Source: Euryarchaeota archaeon UBA433
Lineage (GTDB): Archaea > Thermoplasmatota > Poseidoniia > Poseidoniales > Poseidoniaceae
NCBI GenBank assembly: GCA_002495535.1
Contig: DAFX01000038.1
Coordinates: 2,439-61,713 of the forward strand
Direction: 5' to 3'
Length of the DNA: 59,275 bases
Shown here piece by piece: positions 37,118 through 45,987 of the stretch; position 1 is the stretch's first letter, and every line of letters begins with the position of its first letter. Made by a program: the position numbers and the translations under genes. The notes under the pieces are model-generated. The model searched no databases and was not told where the DNA came from. It worked only from the letters and a program-made list of their open reading frames with translations.

Positions 37118-37372
37118 TCAGTCTTGAAGTTGGCTCAAGGTGGTCACAGCTCGCTCACCGTTGAGGACCTTTGTCAAGGCATTCAGCGAGATCACGAGGG
37201 GCACGTAGGCCTGACCATCGCTTGTCACATAGGTTGAACAATCACCAAAGGCGCTTGTGTTGATCGACACCTTGAGGGCACCACCAGCGTTGCTTCTTCG
37301 GACGTAACCGACCAGAAGGTTGTTGTTCATATCTTGGGCTTCATTTGTTTGTTGTTGGTTTTTTTTGCTCAT
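37118..37372 (-). CDS. Small hypothetical protein (84 aa) with a Q/N-rich N-terminus
   Basis: Trimmed to Met16 (MSKKNQQQTNEAQDMNNN...). The beta-rich core GYVRRSNAGGALKVSINTSAF...YVPLVISLNAL belongs to no family I can assign. Confidence 0.45.
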   Translation of the reverse strand: MSKKNQQQTNEAQDMNNNLLVGYVRRSNAGGALKVSINTSAFGDCSTYVTSDGQAYVPLVISLNALTKVLNGERAVTTLSQLQD

Positions 37373-37494
37373 GTTTTCACATCCGTACACCGCTTGGCGA
37401 TGCACAAATTGAACCATTTCCGTCTTCGGTCATAAGACCCATGGTATCGTCGTGTGGAGCAAAGCCTCATACGCAGGCCACCATTGTTCAAGCC

Positions 37495-38457
37495 ATGCGA
37501 GCGTTGGTAACAGGCGGTGCAGGATTCATCGGCTCCCATTTGATTGACCGTTTGATTGGGCGTGGTGACGAGGTGGTTGTCATCGATAACCTCTCCTCGG
37601 GGAATTTGGAATTCATTCAGGCCCACCTCGACAGTGGGAAGGCTACTTTAATCCAGGCTGACATCACCAATTTCGATGACGTAGAGGCTGCCATGAAAGG
37701 GATTGATTGCGTGTTTCACCTTGCAGCCAACCCGGATATTCGTCTTGGAACCCAAATCACCGATACCGATCTCAAGCAAGGTACCCTCGCGACCTACAAC
37801 ATCGTAGAGGCCATGCGGTTGAACGACGTGCCAACCATCGCCTTTGCTTCCTCATCAGTGGTTTATGGTGAAGATGCACCCATGCCAACACCTGAAAACC
37901 ACGGCCCGTGCCTGCCAATTTCACTCTACGGTGCCAGTAAGCAAGCTGGTGAGGGACTGATCAGCAGTTGGGTTGGTACCTTCGGACTTCAGGCCTACAT
38001 CTTCCGCTTTGCCAACATTATCGGAACCCGAGGTACACACGGAGTCATCTTCGATTTCATTCACAAGTTGAAGAAAGATCCATCTCGTCTCGAGGTGCTC
38101 GGCAACGGCTTGCAAGAAAAATCATACATGGAAGTGGGCGATTGCGCCGATGCCATCCTTCACGTCATGTCCTGCAAGGACGAACCTTTGAACCTCTACA
38201 ATCTTGGCAGCCATGATACCGCCTCTGTCCGCCGCATCGCCGAGATTGTTGTGGACACAACTGGATGCCATGATGCGAGCATAGAGTACACCGGTGGCGA
38301 CCGAGGTTGGGCGGGGGATATCCCTCGAGCCATGCTTGGTATAGAGAAGATGCTTTCAACAGGATTTGATGTGCGTTACAACAGCGAAGAAGCCATCAGG
38401 CACACCGCACTCGCACTGATTGAAGAAATTGGTCTAGATAAGGAGATGAACTCATGA
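37495..38457 (+). CDS. NAD-dependent epimerase/dehydratase (UDP-sugar 4-epimerase/decarboxylase family)
   Basis: MRALVTGGAGFIGSHL, SSSVVYG, YGASK (YxxxK). Confidence 0.85.
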   Translation: MRALVTGGAGFIGSHLIDRLIGRGDEVVVIDNLSSGNLEFIQAHLDSGKATLIQADITNFDDVEAAMKGIDCVFHLAANPDIRLGTQITDTDLKQGTLATYNIVEAMRLNDVPTIAFASSSVVYGEDAPMPTPENHGPCLPISLYGASKQAGEGLISSWVGTFGLQAYIFRFANIIGTRGTHGVIFDFIHKLKKDPSRLEVLGNGLQEKSYMEVGDCADAILHVMSCKDEPLNLYNLGSHDTASVRRIAEIVVDTTGCHDASIEYTGGDRGWAGDIPRAMLGIEKMLSTGFDVRYNSEEAIRHTALALIEEIGLDKEMNS

Positions 38458-39167
38458 AGCAAACCTATGACGATGAAGCAAGCACCCTCAGCGATGCAGC
38501 CTTGAAAATTTCAACCCTGTTTTTTATTGGTATTCTCATCATCGCTTTCACCACAGACGGCATTGCAACTGGAACCGAAGAAGGTGAACGAGCACCGCTT
38601 TTGGACGGGTATGCCTATTCAGGCAACGGCTGGTCATCGTTTGATTTTAGCCAAGAGTTTGATACCACATGGGATGGCAATGTGACCAGCGACTGGGTTA
38701 TGATCGAATTTATGGATACCGACTGCCCATACTGTGTTCGCTCTGCTGAATTGTTTGGTGAAGCATCGACCGCTTTCCACGGTACAAACCCTGAATGGAC
38801 GGGCGCACAAGTAAATTTCTTTGCCAGCGCCACGCAATTGGACATCCAAGGCCATGATTCATCCCGTGCTGAAATCGAAGCTTTCAGGGATAAATCAACC
38901 GGACAGGAGTGTGCTGGTCAGGATTGCGCAAATCGAGACGGTTCAGCGCACACCCTCATCACCTACATCGATGATCTTGACCAAGAAAACATGGACGAAT
39001 GGGGCATTAAAGGAACTCCGACGTACTTCTTAATTCAACCAGACGGCATCATTGCTTGGGTTTCCAACGGTGGGACCAATGTTGGCGACTATGATGGGGA
39101 CGGGGAACAAAACACCTACATCGATGCTATTTTGACACACGTTACACGAGACCAGGATGGTGCTTGA
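38454..39167 (+). CDS. Membrane-anchored thioredoxin-fold thiol:disulfide oxidoreductase (TlpA/ResA-like), CPYC active site
   Basis: N-terminal TM helix ISTLFFIGILIIAF, MIEFMDTDCPYCV, and cis-Pro region GTPTYFLIQPDG. Its start overlaps the epimerase stop (ATGA). Confidence 0.7.
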   Translation: MKQTYDDEASTLSDAALKISTLFFIGILIIAFTTDGIATGTEEGERAPLLDGYAYSGNGWSSFDFSQEFDTTWDGNVTSDWVMIEFMDTDCPYCVRSAELFGEASTAFHGTNPEWTGAQVNFFASATQLDIQGHDSSRAEIEAFRDKSTGQECAGQDCANRDGSAHTLITYIDDLDQENMDEWGIKGTPTYFLIQPDGIIAWVSNGGTNVGDYDGDGEQNTYIDAILTHVTRDQDGA

Positions 39168-39759
39168 AGTGGAGACAACGACCCTTCTTTTGGCCGGCTA
39201 TGGACTGCCAGTGTTGATTGGTTTGCTTTTGATTCTCCCTGGCTCAGAATCGATATTCCTCGGTCTGAGTGATCGCTTTCCTTCACTCAAAAGCCGCAGG
39301 GGCCGAATCCTTTCGGGGCTGAACCTCACGCTTCTTGGTGGCCTTGCAGTTTCTGTTCAAACGCAGTGGATCCACGCCAAGGTCAGTGAAGGGGCTAATT
39401 TTTGCGCCTCAAATACGATCTTTTCGTGCGATGATGTGATTGGCAACGCCAACTACAACACCATGCCAGTCCTCGATGTACCGTGGGGCATGGTTGGCCT
39501 GTGCACGTTTTCTTTGCTCTTGTTCTTCTCCTACGCCTCCTCAAAAGAGCCAACTGCAAGTTGGGTCAAGAATTTCATCGACCTCGGCACATTCATGACG
39601 TTTATCGGTCTTGGTGTCATTGGCTTGCTCGTTTCCTACGAAGTTGAAATGGGCAAGATTTGCCAGTTCTGTACAATGGCTCACATCGCCAATATTGTTG
39701 CCCTTGCTGGATTCGTGCAGTTGCGCATGATGCATGGTGAGAAGGAATGGAACAGCTGA
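39157..39759 (+). CDS. Vitamin K epoxide reductase (VKOR) family protein
   Basis: Loop cysteine pair CASNTIFSC, then GMVG..., and the TM4 redox motif CQFC. It overlaps the upstream gene by 11 nt. Confidence 0.8.
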   Translation: MVLEVETTTLLLAGYGLPVLIGLLLILPGSESIFLGLSDRFPSLKSRRGRILSGLNLTLLGGLAVSVQTQWIHAKVSEGANFCASNTIFSCDDVIGNANYNTMPVLDVPWGMVGLCTFSLLLFFSYASSKEPTASWVKNFIDLGTFMTFIGLGVIGLLVSYEVEMGKICQFCTMAHIANIVALAGFVQLRMMHGEKEWNS

Positions 39760-39775
39760 GGACGGGTGTGATTTT

Positions 39776-40321
39776 ATGGCGAATGAACGAGCCTTTTGGG
39801 GCACCGTTGCCTTAGGTGGAATCATCGCTCTCTTGGTGTTGCTCGGTCAACAGGAAAGCGTGGAAGAGGCAAGCGGACTCTGGTCGACTGCTGATGAACC
39901 AGACCCATTGGCCTTCGTTTGCCTTGATCACGACGGACTTGCTCGCCACGACCATGTCACGCTCAAGATTTTCATTGACGATGAGCAGCAGGTCATCCCA
40001 GGAAGCATCGGCATCAACTCAGGTGTCTGCAATCAAAACGGGGGCAACATGCATGCGGTTCACACGCACAACGATGGCGGCCTTCTTCACATTGAACTCA
40101 ACGATGCGGGTGATGTTCCATTGGGGGTATTTTTTGATATCTGGGGCGTTCATTTTGACGAAACAGGTGTGTTTGATCATCGTGCTAATGAAACGCATGA
40201 GATGTCGATGTATGTGTTCAATTCTGACGAACAAGCATCCGAGGAAAACCGTGTTAATTCGTTCGATGATTACCTCTTATTGAACGGTGAGACCATCGAA
40301 GTCCACTACAAAGCACGCTGA
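39776..40321 (+). CDS. Membrane-anchored extracytoplasmic protein with His-rich motif (conserved hypothetical often seen beside DsbA/VKOR genes)
   Basis: N-terminal anchor FWGTVALGGIIALLVLL, then HDHVTLKIFIDDEQQVIPGSIGI...MHAVHTHNDGGLLHIE...LGVFFDIWG. Confidence 0.55.
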   Translation: MANERAFWGTVALGGIIALLVLLGQQESVEEASGLWSTADEPDPLAFVCLDHDGLARHDHVTLKIFIDDEQQVIPGSIGINSGVCNQNGGNMHAVHTHNDGGLLHIELNDAGDVPLGVFFDIWGVHFDETGVFDHRANETHEMSMYVFNSDEQASEENRVNSFDDYLLLNGETIEVHYKAR

Positions 40322-40621
40322 TTAAGGCGTAAAGCAACCCTCGAACAGAAGCGCATCAACCTCTGTTTCGACCAGTTCCATTCTGAGCACCGTCACATCG
40401 ATTCGCTCTTCACCACTGTATGTTCGCTTCAACTCCGCGAGTAAATGCTGCTGAACACCCGTGTGATCTTCGCCCCAAAGCATGCTCAGGTGATGGTGGT
40501 CAACCCCCTGAATGGTCACTCGATATTCAACAACCCACTCCTTGAGCGGTTCATTGTCTTCCCATGTCACATCTTCCCATGTTTTTGCCATGGTATTATT
40601 TTGTTCTTCGAGGGTTATCAA
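40322..40621 (-). CDS. Hypothetical protein
   Basis: 99-aa ORF with plausible composition and no recognised motif. The start may be Met11. Confidence 0.4.
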   Translation of the reverse strand: MITLEEQNNTMAKTWEDVTWEDNEPLKEWVVEYRVTIQGVDHHHLSMLWGEDHTGVQQHLLAELKRTYSGEERIDVTVLRMELVETEVDALLFEGCFTP

Positions 40622-40691
40622 TGCATCGGGTCAATGCGTCGGTTATTTTCCATTTTATGGCATCAAAAGGTAACAATCAGGAGGTAAATTC

Positions 40692-41651
40692 CTATTTGTC
40701 GTCTTTTGTTTCCCTTTTTTGGAAAATGAGGAGCCCTGTTGCTACTGCTGTGGCCAAGACGATCCATACTGGGTTCCACGCATCGTCCACGCTTCGTCCA
40801 CGGTAGGCGAATTCCAACGCTCCAAAACTTCCGAGATCTTCCCGTTGCTCAAGCGAACTGAATGCTTGTTCATGAATCAGCACCACACTGAACGAATCTA
40901 GGGCTTCGAATTGAATCGAAAAATCGCTCGTGCATCCGGTTGAGGCAGTCGCTTCAACCAGGCCCAATGTTGTCGTAACTGAATTGTTTGCAATCAAACA
41001 TTCAGACGTCCCAATGACGACACGATCCCTTGTGGCCTCGCCAGGGTTGATGGTGTCCTTCGGTACCTCCTTGCCGTGTTCTAAAAGCAAGAACGTGAGT
41101 TGAGAGCCATTGCTTGCATGCCCTTCGAACCCTGAAATAGAGGCGGTGATCATTGTTCCCTGTTGCTGGATTGTGAATTTTAATTTGGTGTAAGTTTGTC
41201 GGGTCACTTCCTCATCGAGGATGTCCCGCTGAACATCAACCCAAGCGTCAGTCCCCGTGCGATAGAAGCCGCCTTCAACCATGAAGGTGGGCGTTCCGGG
41301 GAGGTCAGCATTGATTGCGCGCAATCGTTCGATCCGATGTTGTGCGGCCTCTGGAGCAAAGGCGTCTTGTCCATCGTTTGGGTGGTAGGCCATCAGTGCG
41401 ATTCGAGAACCATGTGAATCTGCGACACCGACCAAGTATGGGTCGATTTCAGCACAGGACACGCACCACGTGGTGGTCAATTCTTCGACGAGCAGACTGC
41501 GCCCACCAAAATTCGTTTCGATGCCCTCTTCCAGAGGAGTTCCGACATCGACAACCATCGCCTGAGCTAAAATGGGTGCTTGAAGCAGGCCAACGGCGAG
41601 GAGCAGAACAAACCAGCTTTTACGCTGGGCCCTCCTTGGTTGACCTGCCAT
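40692..41651 (-). CDS. Secreted thioredoxin-fold protein (WCVSC) with C-terminal TM anchor and short basic tail
   Basis: Trimmed to Met45 (MAGQPRRAQRKSWFVLLLAVGLLQAPILAQA, a signal peptide). Also VEELTTTWCVSCAEIDP, GTPTFMVEG, and the C-terminus WIVLATAVATGLLIFQKRETKDDK. Confidence 0.6.
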   Translation of the reverse strand: MAGQPRRAQRKSWFVLLLAVGLLQAPILAQAMVVDVGTPLEEGIETNFGGRSLLVEELTTTWCVSCAEIDPYLVGVADSHGSRIALMAYHPNDGQDAFAPEAAQHRIERLRAINADLPGTPTFMVEGGFYRTGTDAWVDVQRDILDEEVTRQTYTKLKFTIQQQGTMITASISGFEGHASNGSQLTFLLLEHGKEVPKDTINPGEATRDRVVIGTSECLIANNSVTTTLGLVEATASTGCTSDFSIQFEALDSFSVVLIHEQAFSSLEQREDLGSFGALEFAYRGRSVDDAWNPVWIVLATAVATGLLIFQKRETKDDK

Positions 41652-41756
41652 GCTCCGGGGAAGAGGGCGACCTCCTTCATCCCTTTGTTCAAGATGGATT
41701 TGAGGCGAGGTTTCTTCAACAGGTCGAATTCCAGTGGGGTTTGCGGAGGGAGTCAA

Positions 41757-42494
41757 GTGGCCGACCATTGGATTGAAAATCACAAGCGAGATTCATGGCG
41801 TCGGCAAGCAAAGGCAAGTGGCTACAGGGCCCGTTCTGCGTTCAAACTCAAGCAAATCCAAGAACGTTTCAATCTGATTCGTGAAGGCGATGTGCTCCTC
41901 GATGTCGGGTGTCATCCCGGTGGATGGGCCCAAGTTGGTATGGAATTGGTTGGCGAGAGCGGATTCGTTCTCGGTATCGACCTTGAACCGTGTCAGCCGG
42001 TTGAGGGCGCATTGCTCCTCACCGGTGACATCACAGATCCACACGCCCAAGAGCGTATGCTTGCTGAATTGAAGGGTAGGCCGCTGAATGCGGTTATTTC
42101 CGACATCTCCCCCAACATCACTGGGAAGTGGGATATGGATCAAGCCGTGGCTATGACCTTGGTCGCCCAAGTGTTCGACTTTTCTTTACCCCTTTTATGC
42201 AAAGGTGGTTCTTTCACAACCAAACTTTTCCAGGGCGTTGGCGTAGAAGAACTGATTGTTGCGGTCAAACCTTACTTTTCCGATGTACGCCGCTTCGCAC
42301 CACACGCTTCGAGAAACTCTTCATCTGAAGTGTATTTAGTGTGCAGAAATTTCATGCCTTGGAAAGCAAAGAATCTCTCGATTCTTGAAACTTATGAGGC
42401 TGCTTTGAACATCAAACTCGGTGGCGATGACATTGAAGAAAGCCCCGACATCATCAAATCGTCCTTTTCTGTTCGAAAAAAGAAAGCTGAATAG
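41757..42494 (+). CDS. rlmE: 23S rRNA 2'-O-ribose methyltransferase RlmE/FtsJ family
   Basis: GYRARSAFKLKQIQERF, DVGCHPGGWAQV, VISDISPNITG, KLFQG, ASRNSSSEVYLVC. GTG 41757 follows GGAGGGAG, and ATG 41694 is an alternative start. Confidence 0.8.
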   Translation: MADHWIENHKRDSWRRQAKASGYRARSAFKLKQIQERFNLIREGDVLLDVGCHPGGWAQVGMELVGESGFVLGIDLEPCQPVEGALLLTGDITDPHAQERMLAELKGRPLNAVISDISPNITGKWDMDQAVAMTLVAQVFDFSLPLLCKGGSFTTKLFQGVGVEELIVAVKPYFSDVRRFAPHASRNSSSEVYLVCRNFMPWKAKNLSILETYEAALNIKLGGDDIEESPDIIKSSFSVRKKKAE

Positions 42495-42511
42495 ATTGAA
42501 GCCCCTTAAGG

Positions 42512-42871
42512 TTGAACGGACAGGTCATGGACCGTTTACCATCGACACACCAGAAGCAAGAACACCCACGACCGGCGCGCCAATTGTGCAATGATTTGCG
42601 CCACAATGCGCCCGTACATCGAGTTGAGCTGGTTGTTCTTCGGGTCTATCCGGTCCGTCAGATTGCTTCCGAACGGTACACAGGGCCCGTTGCTGCTGCT
42701 TGTGGGAGGGATGAATCTGGGATCATTGGGCTCGTTCTATGGGGTGAACAAACACAGCGCATCCGAGTCGGAGACATCATCCGCCTGACTCATGGCTGGT
42801 GCCGTCGCAGAAACGGTGAACTGGTCATCAGCACGGGCATGGATGGTACATTGACTGTCCTCGATCGTTAA
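42512..42871 (+). CDS. Single OB-fold nucleic-acid-binding protein (short RPA/SSB-like)
   Basis: VELVVLRVYPVRQI...VAAACGRDESGIIGLVLWGEQ...IRVGDIIRLTHGW...NGELVISTGMDGTL is the typical archaeal mini-OB pattern. Confidence 0.6.
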   Translation: MNGQVMDRLPSTHQKQEHPRPARQLCNDLRHNAPVHRVELVVLRVYPVRQIASERYTGPVAAACGRDESGIIGLVLWGEQTQRIRVGDIIRLTHGWCRRRNGELVISTGMDGTLTVLDR

Positions 42872-42995
42872 ATCGCATTCAGTGGTGCGAAAACACCCAG
42901 TGCAGTTTGCTGGTTGGCAAGCGCTGTTGGAGGTGATGGAGCACGCAACCATAAAGAAGGGGAGGGCGTGGGCGAAATGTTCCTGAGGGTCCATT

Positions 42996-43163
42996 ATGAG
43001 TGAGAGAGCAACGAACTGTACATCATCCGGCGTTCCTTTGGAAGAAACCGGTTCCACCACATTCCCATGCCCAGGGTGCGGTGCACCCATTGGTCGCAGC
43101 CCTCGCTGCCGAAATCAAGGCGTGACCTACGTCTGTCCATCTTGTGGATACCAGGGGCCCTGA
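42996..43163 (+). CDS. 55-aa Zn-ribbon protein (COG2888-like, typically upstream of aEF-1beta); absent from the ORF track
   Basis: Translated by hand as MSERATNCTSSGVPLEETGSTTFPCPGCGAPIGRSPRCRNQGVTYVCPSCGYQGP*. It has CPGC...CPSC, and its stop lies inside the GAGGTGAT Shine-Dalgarno of the next gene. Confidence 0.65.
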   Translation: MSERATNCTSSGVPLEETGSTTFPCPGCGAPIGRSPRCRNQGVTYVCPSCGYQGP

Positions 43164-43172
43164 GGTGATTGT

Positions 43173-43445
43173 ATGGGTATGGTAGTCATGACATACAAAA
43201 TCAATCCAGACTCTGATGTCGAGGATGTCGATGCAGACGCAATCGCAACAACCATCACCGCAATGGGCGATGATGTGTACAACATTCAATCCGTGGAAGT
43301 CAAGCCTCTTGCGTTTGGCCTCAAGTTTGTTCAAGTCCACGTGGTCATGAACGACGGCGAAGGTCTGGCTGATGCCTTGGAAGGACGCATGTCCGAAATC
43401 CACGGTGTTGGAGAGATCGAAGTTCTTTCGATGGGCCTCATTTGA
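43173..43445 (+). CDS. ef1b: Translation elongation factor aEF-1 beta
   Basis: 90 aa. KINPDSDVEDVD...VKPLAFGLKFVQVHVVMNDGEG...GVGEIEVLSMGLI. GAGGTGAT lies 6 nt upstream. Confidence 0.85.
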   Translation: MGMVVMTYKINPDSDVEDVDADAIATTITAMGDDVYNIQSVEVKPLAFGLKFVQVHVVMNDGEGLADALEGRMSEIHGVGEIEVLSMGLI

Positions 43446-43551
43446 GCCACTCTAGAGGCACGAAGCATCGTTTTGACGCCTTTGCAGTGTTGAAAACGAC
43501 CAGCATAACATACTGACTCATGGAGGGTTTGGTATAGGACAATCGCACACC

Positions 43552-44118
43552 TTGCTCGCCAAAGTTGTCCACTGGGCTTTTGTGATCCTCTATGCCTATG
43601 GTATCTTCAAGCAACTCGACGATCTCGATCAGCTTCACGACCAAAAATTGCTCGTGTTTGAAGTGGCTTTTGCGAGTGCTTTTCTCATCATTGTCCTCGT
43701 TCGATATTTCTACATGAGTCGCTTTGAGACATTTCTTGGTGCACGTGAACCCGTACCTAGAGCACACAAGTACCTCGCAAAAACTGTGCACCTCTCGATG
43801 TATGCTTGTTTGGCTTTGCTTCCCCTGACTGGATTGGCGATTGCAGGCTTGTTCACACGAGGTGTGGAAGATGGCTTTCTGATGGAAATGGCCCTTGGCC
43901 TGCATGGCTTTGCGGCCGACCTAAGTTACGCTCTCATTGCCATTCATATCGCAGCAGCCATTTACTCTCGCCTGAAGGGTGAAGGCGTTTGGACCTCTAT
44001 GGTACCCTTGTGGAAAGAAAGGGGCACTGAGCAAAACGCTTTGGCAACGACCCTCACTTCGCTTGAAAATAAAGCGGTTCAAATGGTCAAAGATTTGATC
44101 CCAACAAAGAAGGATTGA
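43552..44118 (+). CDS. Cytochrome b561 / CybB-like di-haem membrane protein
   Basis: Four TM helices with conserved His residues (VVHWAFVILYAYG, VHLSMYACLALLPLTG, LHGFAADLSYALIAIHIAAAIYSRL). It appears to use a TTG start. Confidence 0.6.
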   Translation: MLAKVVHWAFVILYAYGIFKQLDDLDQLHDQKLLVFEVAFASAFLIIVLVRYFYMSRFETFLGAREPVPRAHKYLAKTVHLSMYACLALLPLTGLAIAGLFTRGVEDGFLMEMALGLHGFAADLSYALIAIHIAAAIYSRLKGEGVWTSMVPLWKERGTEQNALATTLTSLENKAVQMVKDLIPTKKD

Positions 44119-44143
44119 CGCCAGCCGAGGTTGGTGCAATTAC

Positions 44144-45565
44144 CTAAAGTTGGCTCAGTGGTCCTTGCATGAATTCACGAAGCAAGGTCGTTGCGTAACT
44201 TCCGCTCGAAAGAATGAATCTGAATCGAATGCATGCGCCTTCGGGGTGCCAGCGGTTGTCCTCACCAGGGCCAGACTTCCACCGCTCGCCCATCGATTCA
44301 TCATTAGCGATGGGCACCGTGTCGATGGCGAGTTCATTGAATTCAGTCACGAGGGCTCGCCGGGTTCCTCTGGTCGACAGTCGAGGAATTGCCTTGACGT
44401 TCCAATCGACATCGTGGAGCTTCATTCCTTCGATGATAGCTGCTTCTATTTCGCCGGACTTTCCTTCACAGGTGTTGATTTCACTTCCAGGGAGTGGACC
44501 TGTTGTGACGAGCCGGCCCATCTCACAGTTTCGTGAAATTCTTGGTAGTGTCCGCTCTTCAACATTGACGCAACTGGATGCCTGCAACTGGCCTTTTTCA
44601 TCAATACGTCCGACCAAATCCCCTGCAACTGGGCGGCTGATCGGCATCCCTGCTTGAATACGGGCGTGGAGGGATTTGTTGAACACAACCGACTGCAAAG
44701 CGTGGACCGTCATCAGTTGAAGATTACCAGGGAGCTTTTTGAAAGCACCAACAAAGTCGTCTGGTCGAGCAAGCAAATGCTCAACCATCCTTCGTTCAAA
44801 CCCAAGCCACTGAGGTGCGAGTTCCAACCCTTCTTCGGTTGGGCCATGCTTGCGCACATGGGCTCTGAAAGCATGTACATCGGCGTTCTCAGACATGCCT
44901 TCCATGGCGATGTAAGTCATAACGGCCTTTTCCCAGTCCTCGGCGATAACGTGCTTTCCAACTTCTGCCGTCACCGGGCGACCAGAGCCAAAACGCTGTG
45001 GGCCAATCCAATTTGGGAAGGTGTTATCGCCAAGTTTTGCAGCCATTTCAGCTTGGATGCGTTCGACCTCAGCCATGGCGTCTTCTGTGCTCATTGGCGT
45101 ACCGTCATCATGGGCACAACCTCGAACAACGATGGTGAAGCGATTGCCACGGTGGTTGCCAAAGCCAATTTTCTGATGGGTGCGTCCAAGAACTTCTATT
45201 TCCACATCGGGCATTTCGACCTCTGCGACCTTTTTTTGTGGCGCATCGATGACGAACAATTGCTGTGTCACCGCACGTTTATCCTTGGTTCCTGCAAAGA
45301 AGATACGATTTCTTGGGATCTTGAGTGCCTTGGCAAAGTTGTTGCAAAAGCGATTTGTTTCCCAATTGGTAAGGGTGATTTTCGCGACCGTGAACCTTCC
45401 CTTGTTGTCCATGTGAATTGGTGTGGAGATTTCCTCGACACGGAAGTCGGTGACTCGGGCTTTGAGAACGCCACCAACTCCGTCGGTGTTGGTTGCGTAG
45501 CCGTCCAAGCCTATGGCTTCTGCAAGTGCATCAGTCCAGGCGGTCAAGAAGGCACCCCCGTTCAC
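44144..45565 (-). CDS. truD: tRNA pseudouridine synthase TruD/Pus7 family
   Basis: FRVEE near the N-terminus, the catalytic motif FAGTKDKRAVTQQ, and PNWIGPQRFG. Confidence 0.85.
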   Translation of the reverse strand: MNGGAFLTAWTDALAEAIGLDGYATNTDGVGGVLKARVTDFRVEEISTPIHMDNKGRFTVAKITLTNWETNRFCNNFAKALKIPRNRIFFAGTKDKRAVTQQLFVIDAPQKKVAEVEMPDVEIEVLGRTHQKIGFGNHRGNRFTIVVRGCAHDDGTPMSTEDAMAEVERIQAEMAAKLGDNTFPNWIGPQRFGSGRPVTAEVGKHVIAEDWEKAVMTYIAMEGMSENADVHAFRAHVRKHGPTEEGLELAPQWLGFERRMVEHLLARPDDFVGAFKKLPGNLQLMTVHALQSVVFNKSLHARIQAGMPISRPVAGDLVGRIDEKGQLQASSCVNVEERTLPRISRNCEMGRLVTTGPLPGSEINTCEGKSGEIEAAIIEGMKLHDVDWNVKAIPRLSTRGTRRALVTEFNELAIDTVPIANDESMGERWKSGPGEDNRWHPEGACIRFRFILSSGSYATTLLREFMQGPLSQL

Positions 45566-45819
45566 AGGGAAGTGCTTGCAAATTCGCCAGCAAGATCGGA
45601 AACGAGGTCACGCAGGACCTTGTCGGATGCGCTCTTGCCTTTGGTTCGAATGTAAAATTCAGGATCGTCCAGTTCAGGATGGCCTGGGAAGTAGTTTGCG
45701 TACTCGACGTTTTTGTGGTTGTTGAGTCGCTCACGGAGCATCTGGAGAGCCGTGTGGCTTTCGCCGATAATGCGGAGGCGCAGTTCGTTCTTTTCTCGAA
45801 GGAGCAGTTTCACAGGCAT
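45562..45819 (-). CDS. rpoL: DNA-directed RNA polymerase subunit L (Rpo11)
   Basis: Trimmed to Met79 of the 163-aa ORF. LRLRIIGESHTALQMLRERL...VEYANYFPGHPELDDPEFYIRTKG. Its stop overlaps the truD start (ATGA). Confidence 0.8.
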   Translation of the reverse strand: MPVKLLLREKNELRLRIIGESHTALQMLRERLNNHKNVEYANYFPGHPELDDPEFYIRTKGKSASDKVLRDLVSDLAGEFASTSL

Positions 45820-45987
45820 GATGACCAGTTCGCCCACTGGCCTACTTGTTTTGAACCTTCTCCCACAGTTCGCCCAACAATTGTGACGTGGATGTTGCTG
45901 TATGACGGCACTGATAAGCGTTTTTTGGAGCATGAAAGGAGGTCGTGCTGATGCTGAGCAACCCCCTTCCTTTTGTAGTGCTTTGAG

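Noticed and set aside
44654-45655. 333-aa plus-strand ORF antisense to truD.
   Set aside because: The opposite strand carries unambiguous TruD motifs (GTKDKRAVTQQ), and the plus-frame product has no recognisable features. It is an antisense shadow ORF.
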